A stretch of DNA of 64,000 bases from Squalus acanthias (lineage: Eukaryota). The position numbers and the translations under genes are program-made. The stretch lies in assembly GCA_030390025.1 (NCBI GenBank), contig CM059425.1:175400001-175464000 (forward strand), written 5' to 3'. This document shows positions 1 to 13,435 of the stretch, piece after piece (position 1 is the first letter of the stretch; every line of letters starts with the position of its first letter). The notes under the pieces are model-generated. The model did not search any database. It saw only the letters and a program-made list of their open reading frames with translations, and was not told the DNA's origin.

Positions 1-749
1 TTCTTTGTATCTTTTATCTCTCTCTCAATCCCATCTTTCTTTCTCTCTCTTTATTTCGCTTTCTGTACATGATTTTACATTGAATTAAATGTTCTAACTT
101 ACACTTCCTGGTTTAGACTTTGCATGTCTCAGTAAGGATTCTTCAATCTGATTGGTTGAAGAGACGCACTGTTGCTTGCCCTGTTTAGACAGGTCCCAGA
201 TCCCCTGTAGAGCCCGCTGAAATGGATCTCTAATTACTGTAAGTTGCCACACAAAAGCCCACAAAGTCTGTGGGCAGCCATAAACGTAATGAATGGCAAC
301 GCTGATGGTTCACCGCTGACTGTGAAATTTATGAACAACTGAGGCACGTGTTGTTTTCAGTTATAAGATGGTTTAATACAAATTCTGTTGTTTGTGATGA
401 GATTTCATGTGTCACTGAGGAGGGAAGATGCTTTTGCTAGGGCTAAAGTGTTTGTGCTTTCGGGTTCTAGTAAAGGCTGACTTCATTTTGGACATAGTTC
501 TTTAGGACCACGCTGAGGAAGACAAAGGATGCTTTGATCCTTCTCGCCTTTCTTCAATGGCAGAAATACAGGTTAATTTTGGGGCATACAGTTCTTCTTC
601 GTGGTTTAGAATTCCTAATGTGATTTAGGACCAAATTATGAGGTGGATTTGTTATTAAAAGAAGGGGGGAAGGCTTTGACCGACACTGATCTGTCATTGG
701 AAGGGATAGTCAGCCTCCCAGCAAACACATCTCTTTACCAAAGCTTCTC

Positions 750-1193
750 AACACTTTGTCCTGGATGGTATCGAGCTTCTTGAGTGTTGTTGGAGCTGTA
801 CCCATCCAGGCAAGTGAAGCGTATTCCATCACACTCCTGACTTGTGCCTTGTAGGTGGTGGAGTGGCCTTGGGGAGTCAGGAGGTTAGCCACTCACCACA
901 GAATACCCAGCCTTTGACCTGCTCTAGTAGCCACGGCATTTATATGGTCCAGTTGAGTTTCTGGGCGTCATTGGTGACCCCCCCCCCCCAAGATATTGAT
1001 GGTGGGGGATTCAGCAATGGTAATGCCATTGAATGTTAAGGGCAGGTAGTTAGACTCTTTCTTGTTGGAGATGGGCATTGCCTGGCACTTGTGTAGTGCA
1101 AATGTTATTTGCTACTTATCAGCCTCAGCTTGGATGTTGTCCAGGACTTGCTGCATGCAGGCATGGACTGCTTCATTATCTGAGGAACTGTGA
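750..1193 (-). mobile_element. CR1-clade LINE RT 3' fragment (same family as the tRNA-headed LINEs at 24235 and 31478)
   Basis: Minus ORF 710..892 YKAQVRSVMEYASLAWMGTAPTTLKKLDTIQDK matches plus-strand copies at 2922-3362 and 25407-25817. Confidence 0.8.
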
Positions 1194-1194
1194 G

Positions 1195-2160
1195 CTATAG
1201 GAGGCCTTCAAGGAGTTGATAGTTCAGGTACCATCTGGATATATTCCTATGAAGGGGAAAGGAAGGGCATCCAAAGCTAGAGCTCCCTGGATGACTGAAG
1301 AAATTGGCATTAAAATGAAACAGAAAAAGGAGACTTATGATAAATGTTAGGTTCGTAATACAGTAGAGAATCAAGCAGAATACAGCAAGTGCAGAGGAGA
1401 ACTGAAAAAGGAAATATGGGCAAAGAGAATTTATGAGAAGATTAGCGGGTAACATAAAAGGGACTACTAAAGTATTTTATAAACATATAAAGAGTAAACG
1501 GATAGTCAAAGGAAGGGTGGGGATGGTTAGGGACCAAAAAACAAATCTTCCTGTGGAGACAGAGGGCATGGCTGAGGTACTAAATGAGTACTTTGTGACG
1601 TAAGAAAACTACTAGGCACTTGGTCTAAGCGTTAAACAAAGCTTTAATCAACTGTTTTTCAACATGGAGATCTATTTGTGTCCTTCACTAGTTCCTGTTG
1701 AGGAATGTCCTAAGCAAGCTGGGCCCATGCCCGAGTATTTATACTCTCCCTGGACAGCGCTACCAGCAGGTCGCCCAGTATTACGTCATACATGAATGAC
1801 AAGATTCATGTCACTTTGCATCTGCCTTTACTAAAGGAAAGGATGCTGCAAATGTTGCAGTAAAGGAAGAGGCGGTGGAGAAAATGGATAGAATAGATAA
1901 AGAGGAGGTACTTAAATAGCTGTCAGCACTCAAAGTAGAAAAGTCACCAAGTCCAGATTGGATGCATCCAAGGTTGCTGAGGGAAGCAAGATGGAAATAG
2001 CGGAGACTTTGGCCACAATCTTTAAATCCTCCTTGTACATGGACGGGAGTGGTGTCAGAGGACTGGCAAATATTACATCACTGTTCAAAAAGGGGGACAG
2101 ATAAATCAGGTAAGTACAGACCAGTCAGCCTAACGTGGTGGTGGAGAAACTTAGAGACCA
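1195..2160 (+). mobile_element. Decayed CR1 LINE ORF2 fragment, interrupted by a solo LTR
   Basis: Remnant KSPSPDWMHPRLLRE and GKYRPVSLT motifs homologous to the full-length CR1 ORF2 at 38732-39202. Confidence 0.75.
1596..1813 (-). mobile_element. 218-bp solo LTR with 5-bp TSD
   Basis: TGAC...GTCA termini; CTTTG at 1591-1595 and 1814-1818; removal restores CR1 sequence; minus-strand TATAAATA (1736-1743) and ATTAAA. Confidence 0.75.
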
Positions 2161-2559
2161 GAACTCAAGGTCTTCTCTTGGCAGCTTTTTTAAAGGGTCA
2201 CAAGGGAACTACAAGTTCTGATGATGGGTGAAATCTAAAATGTTAGCCTTCTTTAGATGCTGATTAACCTAAACATTTTTTTGTTTTCATGTTGATAGAG
2301 ATTTCTTTCTTGAAATTTTCTTCCTGTATGTGTTCGCCTCACTATCATTTTTCTTGGGTTTTATACATAAATGCATTGAATATAAAACAAATAAGTGATG
2401 TGAAATTTGTTCAAAACATTAATTCCTTCATAGTTGCAGCATTCCTGTAGTTCTGGGCATCCTACCCAATTATTCCCGCCTCCTAGTATGACCCCCATTT
2501 TTGCTCCCTCAGGTGTAAGGGGTGCAAATTTGAGCGTATCTGTTGCACAACTTGTTTAT

Positions 2560-3693
2560 TTATCCATCACAAGATCTAGCTGGACCACATTAAGTGCTTT
2601 TGGGTCTCGCTCTCTGTCAAAACTGTCCACTACCCCAGGATCATCCTGGAGAACTGGATTCATACCTGGCACAAAAGAAGATGGTTGTGGTTGTTGAAGG
2701 TCAATCATCTCACCAGGAGTTCCTTGGGGTAGTGTCGTGGCCAAACTAACTTCAGCTGCTTCATCAATGACCTTCTCTCCATCATAAGGTCAGAAATGGG
2801 CTGTTTTGTGATGATTGCAGTATTCAGCTATATTCACAATTCCTCAGATAATGAAGTAGTCTGCATATAACAGGACCTGGACAACATCCAGGCTTGGGCT
2901 GATGAGTGGCAAGTAACATTCGTGCCACACAAATGCCAGGCAAGGACCATCTCCAACAAAAGAGAACCTAACCACCTGCCCTTGACATTCAGTAGCATTA
3001 CCATCGCCGTGTTCCCCAGCAGCAACATCTTGGAGATCACCATTGACCAGAAACTTAACTGGACCAGCCACATAATTGACACTGCTACTATAGCAGGTCA
3101 AAGGCTGTGGCAAGTGGCTCACTTCCCGACTCCACAAAGCCTCTCCATCACCTACAAAGCACAAGTCAGGAGTGTGATGGAATACTTTCCAGTTGCCTGG
3201 ATGGGTGCAGCTGCAACAACAGTCAAGAAGCTCGACACTGTCCAGGGCAAAGTAATTCGCTTAATCGGCACCTCATCCACTAGCCTGAACATCCACCCCC
3301 TCCATCACCGGCGTTCCGTGGCTGGAGTATGTGCTATCTACAGAATGCACTGCAGCAACTAGCCAAGGATTCTTTGGCAGCACTTCCCGAACCCGCGAGC
3401 TCCACCACTTAGAAGGAGAAGGGCAGCAAGTGCAGAGGAACACCATTACCTCCACGTTTCCCTCCAAGTCGCATACCATTCTGACATAGACATGTATATC
3501 ATTCTTTGTTCACCATCTCTGGATCAAAATCCTAGAACTCCCTACGTAACAGCACTGTGGGAGCACCTTCACCACTGCAATGGTTCAAGAAGGCGGCTCA
3601 CTACCATCTTCTCAGGGCAGCTAGGACGAGCAATAAATGGTGGCCTTGCCAGTGATACCCACATCCCGAAAGTGAATTTATAAAAAAAAAAAA
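2560..3693 (+). mobile_element. CR1-clade LINE, 5'-truncated 3' portion with poly(A)
   Basis: ORF 2922..3362 RT C-terminus (ITIDQKLNWTSHI...VRSVMEY); 3' end AATAAATGGTGGCCTTGCCAG...CACATCCC followed by A-run 3682-3693. Confidence 0.85.
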
Positions 3694-4607
3694 ATTCTCT
3701 TAAATTTTAACTGTGCATTTTTTTCTTTTTCAGTCTGCTTTCCTAGGGCCTTGCTTCTCGTTAATTTTGTTTGGTTTTAATGGCCTATCTTGCTGATTTA
3801 TATACCGACTGATTCACAACTGCTACCTATAACTCATCTCTTCTGATCGGATACCTGTTCTATTCAAACCAAGGTGCATATAGCAGCCTGGTAGTAATGA
3901 AATTCATGTTCAGCTGGTTAGCATTGGCACCAACTTTAACAGAACGAGTGAAAGGGACACCGAGGAATGAAGGCTAGCTATTTAGATGTACTTTGAGGAA
4001 CTGACAATGAATGAAGGTTACTGGTCTTGGCTGTAAAGTAACTACTCTTGATAACTACCTGCAAAGGGTTATACATTCCTATGCTGTAATTTTACCATAG
4101 CACAATATTATCCCCCCCCTCCCTATGCACACTTTTATATTTCTTGTGTCAATCTTTATTTTTTCATTCATTTCATGGATATGTTCTTGATTAAGTGAAA
4201 TCACTCTGCCTTCATTAAGGAACTTTGGTTTTAAAAAAACTCAATTTTAATGAAGGAGCTTGGATAAAATAGGTGTTTTACTGTCATAGTATCTCTTTGC
4301 AAATATAGTGAGCTGATTTAAAAGTTTTATATGGCTCAATTCATATTTTAACACTAAATATTTGTGTCAAATGCTTCTGTTCCTCAGCAGAGCTTTAATC
4401 TTATGCATGTGCACTATATGCAACAATCAGAAGATAATAGAAATTATTTGAATTTGCTCACAATACAATCTGAGGGATTAAACTAACAGCAATAACCAAG
4501 TTTAAAAAAAAAACCTCAATCAGTTGGAAGATGTGCTTTACATTATAAGTTATTTAGAGTCATAAAATCTCTTGTTGATACATTGATTATATTTGTTGTC
4601 TCTTTAG

Positions 4608-4842
4608 CACTACAAGCTCAACTGCTAGTAGCTGTGATACAGAATTTACAAAAGAAGATGAGCAGAGATTGAAGGATTATGTTCAGCAGCTCAAGAATGA
4701 CCGAGCAGCAGTCAAGCTAACTATGTTAGAGCTAGAAAGTATTCATATTGATCCACTTAGTTATGATGTTAAACCTCGAGGAGATAGTCAACGACTTGAT
4801 TTGGAGAATGCAGTTCTAATGCAGGAACTCATGGCTATGAAG
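4608..4842 (+). CDS. MCC: MCC (mutated in colorectal cancer) internal coding exon
   Basis: tctttag acceptor, gtgagc donor; encodes TTSSTASSCDTEFTKEDEQRLKDYVQQLKNDRAAVKLTMLELESIHIDPLSYDVKPRGDSQRLDLENAVLMQELMAMK, recognisably vertebrate MCC. Confidence 0.95.
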
Positions 4843-5689
4843 GTGAGCAGAAGAATCTCCTACTTTTAGCATTTTAACAGCTTATTTTACAAAATATAAT
4901 GAAATATTAACTGCATTTAAAAGCTATTGCCTAAAGGTAACTCAGCAGGCTGATATTACATTTATGAAGCAAAAACAGAAAATGCTGGAAGTACACAACA
5001 GATCAGTCAGCATCTTGAAAGAAAAAGGGAGGATAATGTTTTGAGTATAATCTTTTATCAGAACAGCCTATTGCAGTATAATGCTTAAAGTCAGAATCAT
5101 GTCTGGAAACTAGAGGGCAATATTTTATACCTGTATCTTAAATATTGCAATCTATATTTGTTTTATAATACCTTTGCTAAATGAGTTTAAAAACAAGAGA
5201 AAACATTTGTTGATTTTAGTGAGTGAAGGAATGGGGTTTCATTTTCGCTGTGTGATACCAATAAACAATAGTCTGTTAGTGTACCTTCATCACTGATTGG
5301 AAAATGATACCCGGATTAAATAGTGATACAGTATAAAGAAAAAACTGAAAATGCTGGGAGTACTCAAAGTCCAGCAGAATCTATGAAGAGAAAAGACAGA
5401 TTAAATGCTTTGGGCGTAGATGTTTTTTCAGAACTAGAAGTTGGGTCTTGAGTTACCTTTTACAGGACTGAACAAAATGAAGGAGGGGGAGAGCAACAGG
5501 CAAAAATCAAGTCAGGAAAGCTGACTGCTATCACAAAGATGCAATTAATTGGTTTAATAGTCTGAATAGTTGATTTTAAATTGTAATGGAATGAAAATAT
5601 GCTAGGTATAAAAAGATCATCTAATTTGGAGGCTGAAAAGCATCAGTAAAACAAAAAGGATTAAAACAACTGCAAGACATGAATTTATA

Positions 5690-5920
5690 GAGTGCCTTAT
5701 CACATTTCTCAGAAATGCATCAAAGTGTTTCAGATACAATAAATTATTTTGAAGTACAGTGACTGGTATGTATGTAAACCTGCCATCCATTTTGTACACG
5801 GCAAGATCCATGAACAACAATCAGGTGATGACGAGTTGATCTGTTTTTCATGGTGTTGATTGAGATGGTTGAAATAGGAATGTTGGCAGGGCATTTGGAG
5901 AACTTGCTGTTCTTTAACTT
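5690..5920 (-). mobile_element. Old DeuSINE (SacSINE1-like) fragment
   Basis: Degenerate similarity to the SINE 3' part at 40665-40915. Confidence 0.55.
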
Positions 5921-6034
5921 CTACTTGAACCACAGGAGTAATGTTTCAATGGAAGGAAGGTAATCAAGTAGAAAGTGGCAAGCCACAGGGAGGTCAGGAT
6001 CATGTTTTTGGACAGAATAAAGATGTAGGCCAAA

Positions 6035-7930
6035 GTTATTGAATAGTACAGCACAGAAGGAGGCCATTCAGCCCATCGAGTCTGCACCGGCTCTTTTGAA
6101 GAGCAACCTGGTTAGTCCCACTCCCCCACTCTTTCCCCGTATCCCTGCAATTTTTTCTCCTTCAAGTATTTATCCAATTCCCCTTTGAAGGCTATTATTG
6201 AATCTGTAACCAACACCCTATCAGGCAGTGTATTCCAAATCCTAACCACTTGTTGCATAAAAAAGGTTTTTCCTCATGTCACCTCTGGTTCTTTTGCCAA
6301 TCACCGTAAGTCTGTGCCCTCTTGTTATCAATCCTTCAGCCATTGGAAATAGTTTCTTTATTTATTCTATCTAAACCTTTTATGACTTTAAACACCTCTA
6401 TCAAATTTCCTCTTAGCCTTCTCTGCTCGAAGGAGAACAGCTCCAGCATCTCCAGTCTATCGACGTAACTATAATCCCGCATCTCTGGAACCATTCTAGT
6501 AAATCTCTTCTGTACCCTCTCCAAAGCCTTCATGTCCTTCCTAAAATGTGGTGCCCAGAATTGGACACCATACTCCAGCTGGGGCTAAACTAGTCTTTTA
6601 TATAGGTTTATCATTACTTCCTGGCTTTTGTACTCTATGGCTCTATTTATAAAGACCAGGATCCCATATGCTATATTAACTGCTTTGTTAACCTGTCCTG
6701 CCACCTTCAAAGATTTGTGCACAAACACCACCAGGTCTCTGTTCTTGCATCCCTTTTAAAATTGTACCATTTAGCATGTATTGTGTCTCCTCATTCTTTC
6801 TACCAAAATGTATCACCACACTTTTCTGCGTTGAATTTCATCAGCCTGTCTATGTCCTCTTGAAGTCTATTACTATCTTCCCCACTTTTTAACTACGCTT
6901 CCAAGTTTCGTGTCATCTGCAAATTTCGAAATTGTGCTCTGTACCCCCAAGTCCAAGTCATTAATGTATATCAAAAACCACAGTGGTCCTAGCACTGAAC
7001 CTTGGGGAACTGCACGCTATACCTCCCTCCAGTCCAGCCATTCACCACAACTCTCTCTTTTCTATCACTTATCCAATTTTGTATCTATGCTGCTACTGCC
7101 GCTTTTATCCCATGGGCTTCAATTTTGCTAAAACGTCTAATGTATGGTACTTTATTCAATGCCTTTTGAAAGTCCATATTCACAATATCATCTGCACTGC
7201 CCTCGTCCGCCCTCTCTATTACCTCATCAAAAACTCAATCAAGTTGGTCAAACACAATTTGCCCTTAACAAATCTGTACTGGCTCTCCTTATAGTCCATG
7301 CTTGTTCAAGTGGCTGTTAATTTTCTCCTGTATTATTGTTTCTAAAAGCTTCCACACCACCTGTAATTGCCAGGTTTATTCTTCTCTCCCTTTTTTGAAT
7401 AAGGGTGTAACATTTGAAATCCTCCAGTCCTTTGGCACCACCCCTGTATCCAAGGAGGATTGGAAGATTGTGGTCAGCACCTCCACAATTTCTACCCTTA
7501 CTTCTCTCCGCAACCTAGGATGCATCCCATCCAGACCGGGTGACGTATCCACTTTAAGTACTGCCAGCCTTTCTAGTACCTCCTCTTTATCTATTTTTTA
7601 TCTCATCCAGTATCCCAGCAACTTCCTCGTTTACCGTAGCTTTGCCAATGTCCTCTTCCTTCGTAAACACTGATGCAAAGTACTCATTTAGTACCTCAGT
7701 CATGCCTTCTGCCTTCACCACTAGACCTCCATTTTGGTCCCTAAATCGGCCTCACCGCTCCTGTGACAACCCTTTTCCTGTTAATATGCCTATAGAAGAC
7801 CTTTGGATTCCCTTTTATGTTAGTCGCCAATCTATTCTCGTACTATCTCTTTGCTCCTCTTATTTCCTTTTTCACTTCTCCTCTGTACTTTTTATATTCA
7901 GCCTGTTTCTCCCTTGTATGCCCCAACTAT
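6035..7930 (-). mobile_element. CR1 LINE ORF2/3' UTR fragment
   Basis: Minus ORF 6336..6533 ALERVQKRFTRMVP...RLRGNLIEVFKVIKGLDR; CR1 3' stem-loop near 6040-6100. Confidence 0.9.
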
Positions 7931-8490
7931 AATCTTTCAAAGTTCTCTCAATTCGGGAACCGTTCTTTAGATTGCACCACACCTTAGGAAGGATACATTG
8001 GCCTTTGAGGGAGTGCAGCGTAGATTTACTAGAATGATACCTGGACTCCAAGGATTAAATTACGAGAAGAGATTACACAAACTAGGGTTGTATTTCCTGG
8101 AATTTAGAAGGTTAAGCAGTGATTTGATTGAAATTTTTAGGATATTAAGGGGAACAGATAGGGTAGATAGAGAAACCATTTCCATTGGTTGGCGAGTCTA
8201 GGACTAGGGGACATAGTCTAACGGTTAGAGCCAGGCATTTGAGGAGTGAAGTTAGGAAACACTGCTACACACAAAGTATGGTAGAAGTTTGGAACTCTCT
8301 TCCGCAAATAGCAATTGATGCTAGATTAATTGTTAATTTTAAATTTGAGATTGATCGATTTTTGTTAACCAAAGCTATTAAGGGATATGGGGCAAAGGCG
8401 GGTATATGGATTTAGGTCACAGATCAACCATGATCTCATTGAATGGCAGAACAGGCTCGAGGGGCTAAATGGCCTATTCCTGTTCCTATT
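7930..8490 (+). mobile_element. CR1 LINE 3' fragment
   Basis: ORFs 7998..8201 and 8185..8415 (QRRFTRMIPG, ESRTRGHSL, VEVWNSLP) plus CR1 3' UTR. Confidence 0.9.
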
Positions 8491-8618
8491 AGGATTACGT
8501 GGTATAGTGGGCTAGATAATTAATGTGGACCCAAAGCTTGAATATTTTTGACACATGCATTTAACACACGAGAATGCATCTTTTTATGATGTGAAACTTT
8601 TATTTCTGTCATTTGAAG

Positions 8619-8825
8619 GAGGAAATGGCGGAACTCAAAGCTCAGCTTTATTTGATGGAAAAGGAGAAGAAAGCACTTGAATTGAAGCTGAGCACTCGAG
8701 AAGCCCAGGAACAAGCTTACTTAGTGCATATTGAACACCTGAAATCGGAGGTAGAAGAACAAAAGGAGCAACACACGCGATCTCTTAGCTCAACCAGCAG
8801 CGGAGGAAAGGATAAACAAGTCAAA
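8619..8825 (+). CDS. MCC: MCC coding exon
   Basis: atttgaag acceptor, gtaaat donor; 207 nt, EEMAELKAQLYLMEKEKKALELKLSTREAQEQAYLVHIEHLKSEVEEQKEQHTRSLSSTSSGGKDKQVK; phase 0 at both ends, in frame with neighbours. Confidence 0.95.
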
Positions 8826-9066
8826 GTAAATTTCACCATTAGTCTAGTTGATAAATACAGTGCAAGAAGCATGATCATACAACACTGATGCTGCTTAAAT
8901 GATTCTTTCAGTAGACAAGTATACACTGAGCTAGAAAAGAATTGCTGACTCTGAACCTGCTGATACCAACTGCAATATTTTCCTCAATAATTCTCTTCTC
9001 CTAACCTCTTAATCATTAACTGTACCTCAATCATACACTCATTCTGTCTTCCACTGGGCACTTATT

Positions 9067-9817
9067 GGGCCAGAAATTCGGCTCTTGTCGGGTAAGTACG
9101 CGCCATGTACTCACCCATAAGGCCACCTGAAGTGCCGGTTTCCTGCATGCGCGGGAAAGCGGAACTTCCATTCCCCTGAAGGAAGGGGTTCAGAAGTCAA
9201 ACGCGTGCGCGGGAGAGGCTGCGCGCACGCAGCGAACTTCGTTTTTTTTTCAGGTTTCTCCGTGAGGGTAAGTATGGAGAAGCTGCACATTTAAAAAGGA
9301 GGCGTAAGGCCTGTTTTTAACAAGGTAAGTGGTTAATTAATAATAATTTAAACATTTTTTCAACAGGTTTATCTTTTTTTACATACTTTAAAGAAAGGTA
9401 AGTTTATTTTTAGCACCGTTAAAAAGTTTAATTTTTTTCAAAAATTTAAATTTTTGTTTAAAGTTGTTAATTTATGTAATTTATAGTTATTTTAAAAATG
9501 TGATGGTTTTTTAAAAATTTATTTGAAGTTTAAGTGTAGTTTTGGGGCCAATCTCTATTCATAGATTTGACAGGTCGTCTTGTCAAATCTATGAATGAAA
9601 ATTCCCTGCTAGGATTGGCTCTCCATGGCCCACGTGATCCCAGGGGTCGCTTCGAACTAACGGCGCCCCTGGGATACGCAAGCACTGCGCGCCGGCAGCT
9701 GCAGAAGGCCCAGGACCCGAATTCCTCGTGGGCCCGAAGCACAATGGCAGGCGCGGTAGGTAAGTACACGCGCGATGCTTGCACCCGCAGGAAGCCGGAA
9801 AACCGAATTTCTGGCCC
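9067..9817. mobile_element. Harbinger/PIF-type MITE
   Basis: 15-bp TIR GGGCCAGAAATTCGG...CCGAATTTCTGGCCC; A/T-rich 3-bp flanks; GC-rich subterminal arms around an AT-rich core. Confidence 0.8.
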
Positions 9818-10254
9818 ATAATCTTTCTCTTTTTACTTTATTCCCTCTCTATCACACACAAGCACTCATTGACATACATACACAAACTACAGAAGAAAAG
9901 TTGTAGAGAAACCTATCACAAGATTACAAATGACATTAATCTTTCTGTGATATTTTACTTGGTGGAGGTGCCAATAATTATAGATACTTCTAAGGACAAT
10001 CAATGGCATTCCTCCAAGATGAGCCATCTCTCTGTCTCCCACCCCCATGCTCTCTACATCTTCAAGACTTTTCTTCCTTTGTGTGCTTATGAAAACCGTT
10101 CTCCCTTTCATTTCCAACCCCTCCCCCACATATCTCCCCACAAACCCCCCTTTTCATCTACCACCTCAATTTAACTTTAAACCATTTAAAATTCACTTTA
10201 TGCCTGCTGAAACTCTTTATCAATCTTGCCATTCCCTCTCATGCTTGCAGTAAG

Positions 10255-13050
10255 TTTAACCGCAAGACTGTCCAGGCATTCCGAGATCCAGTGAAAGTGG
10301 TTTATTCACTTCCTGTGTGTTTACAATGCCTCGATCACCACATGGCACTCTCGTAGTTGGGAGTGGAGGTGAAATTTACGTGAGGCTGCTGGGAAGGAAG
10401 TGGAGAGGCCCTCTGTTTACATCAGGACATGTCTCTTCTAATCGCTGCCGTGCCAATGTAACCCAAATTCCTTCTGTGTCCATTCGTTTGTGCATTTTGG
10501 CTGCTGCTCTGTAAGAGCCCATTACTTCTATCCACATTTTTCTTTCTCTTTTGGGCCCTTCCCTGCTGTCTCATTTCTTTCACTGTCATCCAGTCCTGCT
10601 AGCTTTCATTTCTCCTGGTTACTCTCCCCCCACACACCAATGTATTTCCCTCCAGAATGTCAATTCAATTACAAATAATTTCCTTTCCATATACAACCTT
10701 ATTGTGGATTATTGCATTGACATTCTGGTTCTGACTGAAACTTGGCTTGTGGGTGACAGCAACATGCCTTTTGCTAAAGCCTTCCATACGTGCTATGCTT
10801 TCCACCAGCTGCCCCCGCCCAAACTGCCATGGTGGTGGTGTAGCCCTCATCACCAAGTCATACCTTAGTCTCTCCCCCTACTCCTCTCGTCCTTTCATCT
10901 CTTCTGAACACCACCTTTTTCCACCCCTTTCACCTCTCTGCTAAAATCCTTGTTGTCTACAGCCCTTCCCAGCCCCATCATGAGTTTCTCCCTGAGATAT
11001 TCTCCCTGCTTTCCTCCCTCAGCCTCTGCATTGAGTGACTGATTTCAATCTTCATCTCTGCTCCCTGCCCTCTTTCCTCTGAATTCACTGACCTCTTGCC
11101 CTCCTTAAACTTTCCAACCCATATTCACAATCACCTCCTTGACCTTGCCATCTCCCATTGTCTCTACTCCCATGGTGTCTATCGCAGACAAGACCATCTC
11201 TGACCATTTCCTTGTATCCCTCAATATTCATATCTCCTTTCCTCCTTCCAACCCCACTTCTTTCTGTGTCCATCCCTGGAAACAACTCTTCCCCCAAGTC
11301 ACTTACAACTGTACTTAGTAAATCCCAACTACCTAGCCTTTGGGCTTCCATTCGTCACAATGCTGCTGAAGCTGTTGGTCTGTCTGACCACTCCCTCATG
11401 TCTACTTATTATGCCCTTGTCCCAGCAAAACTTTTACTCTCTCCTAACCCAGTCGATCTGTCAATCTCCTGTTTCGCCCCAATTTTTGCTCGCTCAAATC
11501 TGAGGAACATAGACTTGAGCATATCTGATGCACAGCTCGTTTAGCCAGTCATCACCAGATCTGGCTAGACCATATCAAGCACTATTGGGCCTCACTCTCC
11601 TCTGTCGAAACTACTTATTACTCCAAGATCATTCTGAAGAGTAAAGATGACCTCCGGCGGCTTTTCTCCACTACCAACTGTCTCCTTAAATTCCTCTCCC
11701 CTGCGCCCTTCACCCTCACCTCCAATAATAAGTACGAGGAGCTTGTGGGTATCATTGTCACTAAAATTGAGATCATCCATTCAGCTGTCTCTGCTGCTTC
11801 CCCTTGCCCACCAAGCCAAACATCCCCCAGACTCCGCGCCCCCCCCCCCCTCCCTCGTAACCCGAATTTACATCTTTTCTAGTTTTTCCTATCTCCCCTC
11901 ATGCCCTCTCTGAGCGCATATTATCCATGATGCCCACCTCCTGCTCCCTTAACCCTATTCCCACTGATTTAATCCTCCTTCCTGACCATTGTCTCAGGCT
12001 TAACCAGACTGTTTGGGCATCATATTCGACGCCGAGCTGAGCTTCTGACCCATATAAAACTGGATAAAGTGGGCAGTAAGCAGCATGGATACAAAATTGG
12101 CTAAGGCATAGTAAACAGAGTTGTGGTGAATGGCTGTTTTTCAGACTGGAGAGAGGTATACAGTGGTGTTGCCCAGGGTTCAGTGATAGGGTGGTGGAAA
12201 CAGATTCAATACTAGTTTTCAAAAGGGAATTGGATAAATACTTGAAGGAGAAAAAATTGCAGGGAGAGATGGGAAAGAGTGGGGGAGTGGGACTAGCTGG
12301 ATTGCTCTTCGAAAGAGCCGACGCAGACTCGATGGGCCAAATGGCCTCATTCTGTGCTGCACTATTCTATAATTCTATGATATACTTCATCACAGAGATT
12401 GCAAACTTGTACCTCTGTAATATCACCCGCCTCCACCTCTGCCTTAGCTGATCTTCCGTTGAAACCCCCATCCTTGCCTTTGTCATCTCAAGACTCCACT
12501 CTTACCAATGTTCTACTAGCCAGTCTTTTATCATCCACCCCCGGCAAACATCAGTTGATCCAAGACTCTGCAGCCCATAATCTATCCTGCACCAAATCAT
12601 GCTCACTTAATGCACCTGGCTGACCTACATTTGCTCCTGATGTCCCAACGCCTCAAATTTGAAATTCTCATGTTTAATTATCTTCACAGCCTTACCCCTC
12701 TCTATCTCTGTAGTCTCCTCCAGCCCTCCCAGAACTTTCTGTTCCTCCGATTTTGGCCTCTTGTGCATCCCCCCCTTCCTTCGCTCCACCATTGGTGACC
12801 ATGCCTTTAGCCATCTGGCCTTCATGCTCTGAAATTCCTTTCCCAAACTCCTCTACCTCTCCACTTCCCTCTCTCCAACTCCCTTCTTCATTAAATGCTC
12901 TCCTTAAAATCTATCTCTTGATCAAGCCTTTGGTCATCCCTCTTAATATCTCCTCCTTTGGCGTAACGTCAATTTTTGTCTGATTATGCCTGTGTGAAGT
13001 GCCTCGGGATGTTTTTCTGTGTTAATGGCACTATGCAATTGCAAGTTGTT
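10255..13050 (+). mobile_element. Decayed, internally deleted L2 LINE with a CR1 3' fragment inserted at ~12055-12380
   Basis: APE endonuclease remnant ISLQNVNSI...IDILVLTETW (ORF 10551..10868); C/T-rich; L2-type 3' tail near 12990-13050. Confidence 0.75.
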
Positions 13051-13435
13051 ACTGATAATGATGCTGAAGAGGTGCAAGGACAGGCATTCGCAGATTAGAT
13101 CATAAAATACCAGCATTGTTTGGTTCTCCTGAAGAGGAACCAATGGTTTTGGGAGAAGTCTGAGATTACCATATAGACTTGTATGTAAGATAAGAATGTT
13201 CTTTGCTTCAACTTGAAATTACCTGCAGTTTGATAAATGTACACTAGTAGCATATTTTGTTTTTATACTTTTATGCATATGAAGGTAAGGGATATTAATG
13301 CTGGGGAATGAAACTCGTCTATTTCAGGGACCCAATGTCAGCATCAAGCACTCTTGAGTCTGGTCTAGAACAGCATATTTCATTTGAACTGATTTATGAC
13401 TACTTCAGTTACAAGTATAATTCTTAATTGCAGTA

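Noticed and set aside
2215..2290. Additional hammerheads (also minus strand at ~5035-5065 and ~5400-5435)
   Set aside because: Old Penelope-end remnants with broken cores or stems
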